Made by a program: the position numbers and the translations under genes
NCBI GenBank assembly: GCA_051294375.1
Contig: CM119268.1
Location: 19,872,417-19,935,828, forward strand
Reading direction: 5' to 3'
DNA from: Paraspadella gotoi
Taxonomy: Eukaryota; Animalia; Chaetognatha
DNA length: 63,412 nucleotides
Part shown: positions 51,260 through 63,412 of the stretch, in pieces
How the letters are laid out: each line of letters starts with the position of its first letter
Position numbering within the stretch: the first letter of the stretch is position 1
The notes under the pieces: generated by a model
The model's database searches: none
The model's input: the letters and a program-made list of their open reading frames with translations, nothing else
What the model was told of the DNA's origin: nothing

Positions 51260-53890
51260 GAAAAACAGTTTTAATGTGGCAACGAATTTTATTGACAATA
51301 AGTCGACATGTTTGACTCTTAATAGAGTTAGAGTCTCATCAGCAAGTGATTTTTCACAACAATTGTCTCTGTGAATTTGAGTTTGGTGAGAGAGAGAGAG
51401 ACAGAGAGAGAGGGAGATTCCAACAAAGAATTGAGGAGAAAGTGGTCAGATGTGAGGACAGTTCAGGTAAGGACAGGGGAAGTAGAAGTAAGATTTGTGA
51501 AAATGAAAAGAGAGAGAGAGAGAGAGAAGAGAGAGAGAGACACAAATTGAAATTAATACATTTAGTAATGTACAACAGAGAAAATAAGAATAAATAATAA
51601 ACTTAAAGATTAACTAGTAATACTACTATTAACAACAATGAAAATAATTAGTAAAATGAAGTGAAATTGAAATGGAAGAATAAGTGGTTAGGGATAGGTA
51701 AGTAAAGAGTTAGTGAAAGTAAGTAAAAGAAAGAGCTCAAAATGAGCTGGCCCCCCCCGCCGGGCAAATGGAGGACGTTGACCGATAAGATCGGGTCATT
51801 GGCCTGTCATAGGTTGAGAGGATATATTTGTAGAGCGTGACATTCTGGGGTCTGGTAAGGTTCCACTGGGAAAAATGCCAAGTGCCACTCGTTATATCTC
51901 TTTGGCCTGATAAGCCTGCCGACGGCCCTCCTCTCACCTGACGGTGAGGCAGGTTGCTGTTCTTGCCTGTTTTGGGCGACGCTCGTGCGAGGAGTCGTAC
52001 CGAGTTGCTACAGGCTCGAGAGAGGTATCGGACAATCCTTGCTGCTTGAGAGGCCTCCGCCTGGCCGTTGAGTAGGGACAGGGAGATTCATTGTGCGTTT
52101 GGGTGCTCGGGCGTTCCAGCCACCAATTTTGATAGCGAATCATAGCTTGGAGGGAGTTCGAATCGTTCCTCCATCACGGTTCAGAGAGGGCTCGAGGGCT
52201 TTGATGTAAATTGCCTCTCTAATACCTCTTGAAAACCAGTTTTGGTCATGGACAGCACGAGACAGTCAGTCTCTCTCTAAACAGATGGCCTGATGATGCC
52301 GTGTGCTCGGGCAATAGCCGATAGAAAGCTGACCACGTGAGTCACGATAAAGCTTTGTGTGCTGCTTAAAACCGTCTGCTAGAGATTTGCCTGTCTCGCC
52401 CACGTATGCTGCTGTGCAGGGTTGGTGCCCGCGCCGGCGCACAGGCCGCCCAGTAACGGCTCTGATGTTTTGTTATTCTGCGGGGAATTTTGGTCTTTCG
52501 GTTTCACCAAATGCTCACGTGGAGAGAGCCGCGGGTCGTCACTGAGCTGGAGATCCCCTGCTTTGCTAGCACCGCACCAGAGCTTCAGTGATCCCCTGGT
52601 GGTAGGGCAGGGAGAACAGACCACGACTCTTGAGGCGCTTCTGCTTATCTCCCTTGCGCTGTGGTGGGCGCGGTCGTCCTTCAGCAGCAAGGCCTCGTTC
52701 GTCCTCTCGTGGGGGCGGAGGTTGAACCTGCGTTAGCGGCTACTTACGGTTGAGGCAGCCCTTGGTGGCCACTGCCCTCAGCGAGGTTCAGCCGGAACTT
52801 GCCTCTCGACATGCCCACAGAGGGTAACCATCGAGCGCCAGGGCTCTTTTGACATGCTCAAGCTCTCGGCGGCCTGGAGCTCGGGGGTCGACGGAATCAG
52901 AATAGCTCTTCTGGTAAGGGATCTGACCGTGGCGAGCTTGTTGCGACAAGGGAGCATGCGAATCGAAAGGAATGTATTGATCAGTGTGCGTTGGTTTGCG
53001 ATAGACAGAAAATTCAAATGAGCCGCCCTCTCTGCGTTTTTACAAGCACATCGAGCCATTGGAATTTCGCCATTCACTCTCCTTTTCGCATGTCCACTTG
53101 ATGCTCGCTTCAATGCTGTTCAGGTGGACAATAGGGTATCAACGAGATCCTTCTCACGGCCAGAATAGTATCATCGCGCTCTCCGATACCAGAAGAGAAC
53201 TGAATCTGCCCCATGCAGAGATTGAAAAAGAAGCCAAGGTTCACCTCATAGTCCTCCATATAAAAATCTGCCAGAGGACTTGAGGTTGATTTTGCCCATC
53301 CCTAAGCCACCAGGCTGGGCATAGTACGGTCCATCGAACCTGAAGTACGCCAGTTCCAGGTCGAGCTAACGAGCTCATTTTTGAGCTCTTTCTTTTACTT
53401 TACTTTCACTAACTCTTTACTTTACCTATCCCTAACCACTTATTCTTCCATTTCACATTTCACTATTTCTTCATTTTACTAATTTATTTTCATTGTTGTT
53501 GTAATATAGTATAGTTATCTTATAATCTTAGTTAATTTTAAGTTTACTTATTTATTCTTATTTTCTTCTTGTTGTACATTACTAAAGGTATTAATTTTCA
53601 ATTTGTGTCTCTCTCTCTCTCTCTCTCTCTCTTTCATTTTCACAATCTTACTTCTACTTCCCCTGTCCTTACCTTGAACTGTCCTCACATCTGACCCTTT
53701 CCTCACCAAATTCTTTGTTGGAATCTCCCTCTTCTCTCTTGTCTCTTCTCTCTCACCAAACTCAACTTTCACAGAGACAATTGTTGTGAAAAATCACTTG
53801 CTGATGAAGACTCTAACCTCTATAAGAGTCGAAACATGTCCGACTTACTTGTCAATAAAATTCGTTGCCACATTAAAAACTGTTTTTCCT
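51260..53890 (-). mobile_element. Penelope-like retroelement, 5'-truncated within RT, with GIY-YIG endonuclease and inverted pLTR; frameshifted
   Basis: This copy and its duplicate together give 'IKWTCEKE.NGEIP.LDV', 'SVYRKPTHTDQYI', 'LATVRSLTRRA', 'GAVYW..C..C.AAYVGETGKSLADRF..H' and 'WFSRGIREAIYI...PSLNRDGG'. 51260-51750 is inverted against 53370-53890; hammerhead at 53801-53840. Confidence 0.9.
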
Positions 53891-56580
53891 AAATGCTAAA
53901 AAACAACGAATTCGAAAGTCTATACATAATGTCTACTTATTCAAATATAATTTTTATTTTTTTCCTCATCTTAAAAAATTTTAATCTTGAATGAAATTTA
54001 AGATTGTTATATTTTTTATATTATTTATATTAATCTGCGCAATTGCCGGATATATAGCAGGTATCGCCTACCTGTCACACAAGTTGATGTACATGTGACA
54101 TTGCCTGCATTATAAGTTATTCTTCCCTTTTATTAAAATGAATTCACGAAAATCTCGGATGTAAATTTGGGATTTTGTATTGAGAAAAAAATAAATGGCG
54201 ATATTAAAAGTTTTTAGAAGGAAAGAAATATTAAGAATTTTTCCAAAAACGAACGATCGTACAGAGAGAGAGAGACAAAGACAGAGAGAGAGAAAGAAGC
54301 TGAACAGACGCTGCAGAGCCGGAACTCGTTTACTCGTCACCTAGTGACAGTGAAGAAAAAATTGATTAAAAAAATTTTTACATTTTTACAATCATAGGTT
54401 GTTAACGATTTTATTTTTATTTGTATTAAAATTAAGATATAGCTTCTGTTTAAAAAGTTCCTTTGAGTTCCCATTTTTATTATAGATTTAAAAAACATTT
54501 TTTTGAATTTCATCTTCAATATTATATACTGCAATATGTAAATTAGATTAAAGCATTTCTATATACTAATTTGGATACTAAAATGAGTACTATAATCTCA
54601 TTTGCATATTGCAGTAAATCATAATGAAGTGGAAATTCAAACAAAAAATACTTAAATCCAAATGTAATAAGAAAATATCAGAGCTATTTCAAGATGAGAA
54701 GCCATATCTAAATTTTTAACTTACTATGATCGCACACTTTTATAAAACTTCATCGTAATTCATAATAATTTTTATTTTAACAAAAACGGTAAGTCCAGCC
54801 AAAACTATAAAACCATAGTAGTTTTTATACAAAAAAGCGTGACGCCGACGATGACGTCACAAAGAAGCTGACCTGAATCAATATAGAGCCTGAACCGGCT
54901 TCGCCGGTAGGCTCGATAAAAACAATTTATTTGTTTTTATCAACGAATTGTATAATTGTTAAGACATGTTTTAGAGTCTTCACGTACGATCGAACTCTTT
55001 TAGACAATGATTTCTGAACTTAAATAATTACCAACTCTTTTGATCTCAGTGATTACTATGATGTGTTCTATGTTTAAAAAAAGGTTTGCTATGGTTATCT
55101 CATTCCTATTACATAGTATTGTTCAGTTGATTTTCTACGATTTAAAAATACGGTAAGACATTATTTCTTCAGTGATTATCAATTAACTCATTAACTACCG
55201 AATTTCAGATGAAATATGAATGAAATTTTTATGGTACGAAACAACTTTTAAAGATCAAATTCCTCCTTTGAACTTTTTCGGCTTTAAATTACTCAAAACT
55301 TCTCAGGCAAGACGCCACTTATCTGATACAATTTTTTCCCTTCATTCCTTTTCCCTGATTCTTTCTCTTCACCTCTGTTCTTCTCTGTGTTTCTAATTTT
55401 CCTTCCTCTTTCCTCCCCTACTTTTCACGCCGTCACTTACCTTTTTTCCGACCTAACCTTTCTCTGCAACTATTTTACTTTCCTATCCTTTTTTTCTCTC
55501 CTTCCCTATCTTTTACCCTATTTTCCCCTCTTTTTCTTTCCATATTTCCCCTCTTTTTTCCCGATTTTCCTTTATATCCCTATTTTTTTCCCTTTTCCTT
55601 CTTATTTTGCATTTCCCCCTTCTTTCTCATTCTCTCCCCTTCTCCTTTCTTGTTCTCTCTTTTCACCCCTCCCACTAATTTCTGCCTTTACATTGAACCA
55701 AATCAAAGAAATTCTTTAATATGCATTATAAGAAAAGAAATTTACGGTATCACATCATTTTATTTCAATTTTGGTTGCCTGGCAGATTTAGTAAATCGAC
55801 AGATTTGGCGGAAAATTTTCCGCAAAATCTGTCGATTCTAAAGAAAAAAACAAGTCCTGACGATTTCCATTGGGTTAAAATGATGCGGTTTTTTTTTTTT
55901 TGTTTTATTAACGTCAGTATTTACCTCATCTGTTAAAACTATAAAATGAATTTAAAATCTTATCTTATAAAAAATAAAAGCAAGTCACAAAAAGTCAACA
56001 AATTAATTGTCGTCTTTAAAAATTATTTATGGCTAAACGAAAAAAAGTTTTTTTTACAATTTTGTAGGTATTAAAAGCTCATTCAATAAGCTATATTTTA
56101 CAAATTATGATAAAAAATTGAAAATGAAACTTTTTGACTTGTCAACTTTAAAATTAATTCATAGACAAACTACAAATGATTTACCAAATAAATTTACCCA
56201 TAGGTGAAGAAGATAAGGAAGAACGGATTTATAAAGAAAAAAAATTTTCTTTACTTTCCTTGCATTAAATCAGACGACGAAAGTGAAAATGGACAAAAAT
56301 GGACATGATTTTTTTTCTTAAATGTTGCGAAAAATGGTACTTTTTTATCATTAGAAATTGGTCGAGATTATTTTAACCAATCTCTAGTTCGGCCCAATTT
56401 GTATTATGGTACAAATTAAATTAATCTTGTAAGTAATAACTGAACAATACTGGAAAAAGTAGTTTTTTTTTGTGAATGCGAGGATTGTAAGTAGAGGCTC
56501 AAACAAAACCAGTTTTAATTATTAAAGCATTTTCTATTAAATGGTGATTTTTTAATAATCGATGTTTTGAGAGAAGATGA

Positions 56581-58070
56581 ATAAAGCTTTGTGTGCCGCT
56601 TAAACCGATCTGCTAGAGATTTGCCTGTCTCGCCCACGTATGCTGCTGTGCAGGGTTGGTTGCCCGCGCCGGCACAGGCCGCCCAGTAGACGGCTCCTGA
56701 TGTTTTCGGTCTGGGGATTTTGTCTTTCGGTTTCACCAAATGCCACGGAGAGAGCCGCGGGTCGTCACTGAGCTGGAGATCCCTGCTTTGCTAGCACCGC
56801 ACCAGAGCTTCAGTGATCCCCTGGTGGTAGGGCAGGGAGACATGACCCACGTTCTTGAGGCGCTTCTGCTTATCTCCCACTTGCGCTGTGGTGGGCGCGG
56901 TCGTCCTTCAGCAGCAAGGCCTCGTTCGTCCCCCTGGGGGGCGGAGGTTGAACCTGCGTTAGCGGCTACTTGGGCAGCCCCTTGGTGGCCACTGCCCTCA
57001 GCGAGGTTCAGCCGGAACCTTGCCTTCTCGAATGCCCACAGAGGGTAACCATTGAGCGCCAGGGCTCTTTGACATGCTCAAGCTCGGCGGCCTGGAGCTC
57101 GGGGGTCGACGGAATCAGAATAGCTCTTCTGGTAAGGGATCTGACCGTGGCGAGCTTGTGCGACAAGGGAGCATGCGAATCGAAGGAATGTATTGATCAG
57201 TGTGCGTTGGTTTGCGATAGACAGAAAATTCAAATGAGCCGCCCTCTCTGCGTTTTACAAGCACATCGAGCATTGGAATTTCGCCATTCACCTCCTTTTC
57301 GCATGTCCACTTGATGCTCGCTTTCAATGCTGTTCAGGTGGACAATAGGGTATCAACGAGATCCCTTCTCACGGCCAGAATAGTATCATCCGCCTCCGAT
57401 ACCAGAAGAGAACTGAATCTGCCCCATGCAGAGATTGAAAAGAAGCCAAGGCTTCCACCTCATAGTCCTCCATATAAAAATCTGCCAGAGGACTTGAGGT
57501 TGATTTGCCCATCCCTAAGCCACCAGGCTGGGCATAGTACGTCCATCGAACCTGAAGTACGCCAGTTCCAGGTCAGCTAACGAGCTCATTTTGAGCTCTT
57601 TCTTTTACTTACTTTCACTAACTCTTTACTTCCTATCCCTAACCACTTATTCTTCCATTTCAATTTCACTTCATTTTACTAATTTATTTTCATTGTTGTT
57701 AATAGTAGTATATTAGTTAATCTTTAAGTTTACTTATTTATTCTTATTTTCTCTGTTTACATTACTAAATGTATTAATTTCAATTTGTGTCTCTCTCTCT
57801 CTCTCTCTCTCTCTTTCATTTTCACAATCTTACTTCTACTTCCCCTGTCCTTACTTGAACTGTCCTCACATCTGACCACTTTCTCACTCAATTCTTTGTT
57901 GGAATCTCCCTCTCTCTCTGTCTCTCTCCTCTCACCAAACTCAACTTTCACAGAGACAATTGTTGTGAAAAATCACTTGCTGATGAAGACTCTAACTCTA
58001 TAAGAGTCGAAACATGTCCGACTTACTTGTCAATAAAATTCGTTGCCACATTAAAACTGTTTTTCCTAAA
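56581..58070 (-). mobile_element. Duplicate of the PLE RT/EN part plus inverted pLTR
   Basis: Near-identical to 52345-53890; hammerhead at 57980-58018. Confidence 0.8.
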
Positions 58071-61000
58071 ATGCTAAAAAACAACGAAATCGAAAGTCTA
58101 TACATAATGTCTACTTATTCAAATAAATTTATTTCCTCATCTTAAAAAATTTTAATCTTGAATGAAATTTAAGATTGTTATATTTTTTATATTATTTATA
58201 TTAATCTGCGCAATTGCCGGATATATAGCAGGTATCGCGCCTACCTGTCACACAAGTTGATTGACATGTGACATTGCCTGCCATTATAAGTTATTTTCCC
58301 TTTTATTAAAATGAATTCACGAAAATCTCGGATGTAAATTTGGGATTTTGTATTGAGAAAAAAATAAATGGCGATATTAAAAGTTTTTAGAAGGAAAGAA
58401 ATATTAAGAATTTTTCCAAAAACGAACGATCGTACAGAGAGAGAGAGACAAAGACAGAGAGAGAGAAAGAAGCTGAACAGACGCTGCAGAGCCGGAACTC
58501 GTTTACTCGTCACCTAGTGACAGTGAAGAAAAAAATTGATTAAAAAAATTTTTACATTTTACAATCATAGGTTGTTAACGATTTTATTTTTATTTGTATT
58601 AAAATTAAGATATAGCTTCTGTTTAAAAAGTTCCTTTGAGTTCCCATTTTTATTATAGATTTAAAAAAACATTTTTTTGAATTTCATCTTCAATATTATA
58701 TACTGCAATATGTAAATTAGATTAAAGCATTTCTATATACTAATTTGGATACTAAAATGAGTACTATAATCTCATTTGCATATTGCAGTAAATCATAATG
58801 AAGTGGAAATTCAAACAAAAAATACTTAAATCCAAATGTAATAAGAAAATATCAGAGCTATTTCAAGATGAGAAGCCATATCTAAATTTTTAACTTACTA
58901 TGATCGCACACTTTTATAAAACTTCATCGTAATTCATAATAATTTTTATTTTAACAAAAACGGTAAGTTCCAGCCAAAACTATAAACCATAGTAGTTTTT
59001 ATAACAAAAAGCGTGACGCCGACGATGACGTCACAAAGAAGCTGACCTGAATCAATATAGAGCCTGAACCGGCTTCGCCGGTAGGCTCGATAAAAACAAT
59101 TTATTTGTTTTTATCAACGAATTGTATAATTGTTAAGACATGTTTTAGAGTCTTCACGTACGATCGAACTCTTTTAGACAATGATTTCTGAACTTAATAA
59201 TTACCAACTCTTTTGATCTCAGTGATTACTATGATGTGTTCTATGTTTAAAAAAAGGTTTGCTATGGTTATCTCATTCCTATTACATAGTATTGTTCAGT
59301 TGATTTTCTACGATTTAAAAATACGGTAAGACATTATTTCTTCAGTGATTATCAATCTAATCTCATTAACTACCGAATTTCAGATGAAATATGAATGAAT
59401 TTTTATGGTACGAACAACTTTTAAAGATCAAATTCCTCCTTTGAACTTTTTCGGTCTTAAATTACTCAAAACTTCTCAGGCAAGACGCCACATTATCTGA
59501 TACAATTTTTTCCCTTCATTCCTTTTCCCTGATTCTTTCTCTTCACCTCTGTTCTTCTCTGTGTTTCTAATTTTCCTTTCCTCTTTCCTCCCCTACTTTT
59601 CACGCCGTCACTTACCTTTTTCCGACCTAACCTTTCTCTGCAACTATTTTACTTTCCTTATCCTTTTTTCTCTCCTTCCCTATCTTTTACCCTATTTTCC
59701 CCTCTTTTTCTTTCCATATTTCCCCTCTTTTTCCCGATTTTCCTTTATATCCCTATTTTTTTTCCCTTTTCCTTCTTATTTTGCATTTCCCCCTTCTTTC
59801 TCATTCTCTCCCCTTCTCCTTTTCTTGTTCTCTCTTTTCACCCCTCCCACTAATTTCTGCCTTTACATTGAACCAAATCAAAGAAATTCTTTAATATGCA
59901 TTATAAGAAAAGAAATTTACGGTATCACATCATTTTATTTCAATTTTGGTTGCCTGGCAGATTTAGTAAATCGACAGATTTGGCGGAAAATTTTCCGCAA
60001 AATCTGTCGATTCTAAGAAAAAACAAGTCCTGACGATTTCCATTGGGTTAAAATGATGCGGTTTTTTTTTTTTGTTTTATTAACGTCAGTATTTACCTCA
60101 TCTGTTAAAACTATAAAATGAATTTAAAAATCTTATCTTTATAAAAAATAAAAGCAAGTCACAAAAAGTCACAAATTAATTGTCGTCTTTAAAAATTATT
60201 TATGGCTAAACGAAAAAAAGTTTTTTTTACAATTTTGTAGGTATTAAAAGCTCATTCAATAAGCTATATTTTACAAATTATGATAAAAATTGAAAATGAA
60301 ACTTTTTGACTTGTCAACTTTAAAATTAATTCATAGACAAACTACAAATGATTTAACCAAATAAATTTACCCATAGGTGAAGAAGATAAGGAAGAACGGA
60401 TTTATAAAGAAAAAAATTTTCTTTACTTTCCTTGGCATTAAAATCAGACGACGAAAGTGAAAATGGACAAAAATGGACATGATTTTTTTCTTAAATGTTG
60501 CGAAAAATGGTACTTTTTTATCATTAGAAATTGGTCGAGATTATTTTAACCAATCTCTAGTTCGGCCCAATTTGTATTATGGTACAAATTAAATTAATCT
60601 TGTAAGTAATAACTGAACAATACTGGAAAAAGTAGTTTTTTTTTGTGAATGCGAGGATTGTAAGTAGAGGCTCAAACAAAACCAGTTTTAATTATTAAAG
60701 CATTTTCTATTAAATGGTGATTTTTTAATAATCGATGTTTTGTATTTTTCCATNNNNNNNNNNNNNNNNNNNNNNNNNCAAAAAATTTTATAAAAGGGTT
60801 ATTTTTTAATATTTCTTAGAAAGATTACTTTATAAATTTAGGTAACTCTTTATAAACAGATTATGTAAGGGTTACACCGTCCTACGTAAATGCGCAGTTT
60901 TCAAATCTATATTTAACTTCGAAATTTATTTGCCATTTACTTTTTTATGAATTTAATAATTTAAGCATTAAGTATTACTTTAAAGATCTTGAGAATCTTG

Positions 61001-61989
61001 AGAATCCGATCAACCCCGATCTTCGTTTTAAGATCACCTCTATTTGGATCTCCTTGGTCAGCTCGGGTCTGGCCCAAAAAACCAACATTTTTATTGCTCC
61101 TGTTTTTGCCTCTTTAAATTCCGTTACCGGACATACCGTCTCCTTTTATCAAATAAGGAAGTTGAAGTTTGGGGTTTACAGATTATGTATTTGCAATACT
61201 GAGTATGGATAGAGAGAGAGAGAGAGAGCTTTGGGTGGCAAAACTAAATGGAAGGTTACGAAGTTCTGATAAAAAGGTTTTTTGTTGGAAAATCCTATGG
61301 TATGGATGAGTTAGGTAATTTGAAGTGGGGAAAGTTAAATATAAATGTAAAATTAGGATATTTGTATCTTTTCTAATGTGATTGTGTTTTTAATGGCCTT
61401 TTGGGCCTTTTTTGACTAATTAGTGGGTGGAATAGATCATCATCATTATTATTGTTTTCATATTTTTTACATCTAGTTAACTTAAGTACTCTTTTTTAAA
61501 TGTCTGTTTGATTTTTGATGTCGTATTTATTAAAATTTATTTTTAAAAAATTGATAAAAAAATTTAACAAATTGAAACAGTTAAAAAAATATTTAATTAT
61601 ACATCCTTTCCCTGATAGGGATACCAAATACTCTGGGAGTTAATAAACTAGATTGTGAAAGATTCTTGATTAAAAGCTTGCAGGGTCTCGCTATGTTATT
61701 TTCTTTTAAGAGGGATTAAGGCCTTAAAGGATTTAAGCCTTCAACCCACCAGATGAAAGATAGCTTATTTAATAAATAAATTGATAATTTTTATATCGGT
61801 TTTACAAATTTACTATTAATACTTCTTAGCTAATACCTAAAAGTGAAAAGACGAGAACAACAACCAACTCTAGATTTCTCACGTGTTTATTGTTTAAAAC
61901 TCGATTCTCGGGACAGCAAAAGTTTCGAACACGTTTCTGAATAAACCTTCGCTCCTGTATGTATCGTGCTAAGCTAGCGGGTTAAGGAC

Positions 61990-62047
<58 letters not shown>

Positions 62048-62989
62048 TTTTCGTGTCTCAAACCCAAATAAAAAGATCGACCGCTGTTACTAAATTCTCG
62101 AATGTATCGATACAAGAACGGTAAGAAAAACACGTCAAGACAATGTCGCCTTTCTTTGACATTCTCGCGCTAAACTGGTCTAAGGCTCCTGGACAATTCC
62201 AAATTTGAACAAGAGAAAAGAGTCAAATTTTATACGATGACTCCACTGGAAAATTTGGGCGTTTTCAAAACCGAACAGCAAAGAAACAACAAGAAAAACA
62301 TTGAAAAAAAGATTTTTAAACATTTTCTCACTTTGGCTGTGATTTTTTGTCCTTCTCTCCTGCTCATCGTCATAGTCTCATCTCAGAGGTGAGCGAAAAT
62401 ATTTTTTTTTCCGAATCTGAATGATCAACTACAAATGAGAACTCCTCTTATTAAGTAAAATTTATTCACTCCGAATTTATTATCTTGGCTAGATAATGCA
62501 AAGGGGACGCTTCTTTGTGACGTCGTGGTCGTCACGCTGTTTTTAGTCGGATCTGCTTATCAGCAGATCCCGACTCTATAACTCACTTTGTCGGTCCGCC
62601 CCTTCAATATTGTCGGGCACACACTTATATCATGTCAGAACATCGAATTATGATAAATTATGCAAAAAAAAACGATGTCCGTCCGTCTGTCCGTCCGTCC
62701 GTCCGTCCCACCTTTGTGTGTGGGTAGGAAACTGTGTGATTGAGATGGATATGAAGTTTCGAGGGAATCGTGCGAGTGGAAATTGGTTTAAATGGAAAAA
62801 ACAAAAAAATATATTTCACTATTTGAACGCCAATTGCTTATGAGTGGATAGGGCAATTGACTTGAAATTTTGTATGATGGTAGGGAAGTGTGTGATTGAG
62901 CGGTATATAAAGTTTTGATGGATTCGTGCGAGTGGAAATNNNNNNNNNNCACCAAGGCTTCAACCGGATGGGGAGAAGGCTTGAAAGAG

Positions 62990-63412
62990 TCATTGGATAA
63001 CTACGTCGTTGTCTTCTTCATCTTCCGGCGGCTGAAGCATCGTCGGAAGAATATTCAAAAGACCGGGAATTGAAACGGATTGACGTCGAGTAACGTACGG
63101 CATCATGGAAGACGCGAGTGGCGCCGGCTCCATTTCTGGAGGCGGGGGCGAGGGCGGAGGAGCTGAAGCACGACGAGGACGACCGCGTGGGCGCGCCAGA
63201 GGTGGATCCGGAGGCGCGAGCTCGTCAGTGATGGCCGGCTTTAATCGATCGACGGAAATTATTTCGATGCCGCGGCCCGGAATTTCAATTTTAAAAGTTT
63301 TTGGGCCGCGTTCACGGACATCGTAAGGGCCGTCGTAGGGCGGTTGGAGCGGCGTAGAATGGCCGTCGCGTCTGACATAGACGCGGTCGGCGTCAGCGAG
63401 CGTTTCTGGGAT
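62990..63412 (-). CDS. Ty3/Gypsy pol C-terminus (integrase GPY/F module), partial and running out of the window
   Basis: Open frame IPETLADADRVYVRRDGHSTPLQPPYDGPYDVRERGPKTFKIEIPGRGIEIISVDRLKPA...RPRGRPRR...VVIQ*. It is absent from the ORF track because its start lies outside the window. Confidence 0.85.
   Translation of the reverse strand: MPETLADADRVYVRRDGHSTPLQPPYDGPYDVRERGPKTFKIEIPGRGIEIISVDRLKPAITDELAPPDPPLARPRGRPRRASAPPPSPPPPEMEPAPLASSMMPYVTRRQSVSIPGLLNILPTMLQPPEDEEDNDVVIQ

Larger units (their letters stand above)
44876..60740. repeat. Tandem near-identical segmental copies: 44876-48493 vs 48519-52215, and 52345-56560 vs 56581-60740
   Basis: Co-linear identity with homopolymer indels, adjacent to N gaps. 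Confidence 0.85.

Overview
AT-rich, repeat-dense eukaryotic (animal-type) genomic window with assembly gaps and several near-identical tandem segmental copies. One intron-containing host-like gene can be reconstructed: a BED-finger/hAT-transposase-derived gene on the + strand (exons 2159-7725) with a degenerate catalytic core. The rest is mostly mobile DNA: a Tc1-like ORF, a broken hATm-like transposase, Penelope-like elements with minimal hammerhead ribozymes, an L1/Tx1 3' fragment, a Gypsy integrase tail, a Transib-like MITE with RSS-like ends, 7-bp-TSD TIR elements, DINE-1/HINE-like repeats and mini/microsatellites. The most notable observation is a ~650-bp non-coding LTR element (TRIM) at 2926-3574, with a further copy at ~42164-42640. 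It has a PBS, a PPT and a 4-bp TSD, and each LTR carries a tRNA-derived head followed by a 74-nt sequence that folds by eye as a circularly permuted (type-P5) twister ribozyme with a palindromic P1. This is a candidate Pol III-driven 'twister retrozyme'. All structural calls were made by manual reading; no database searches were run.
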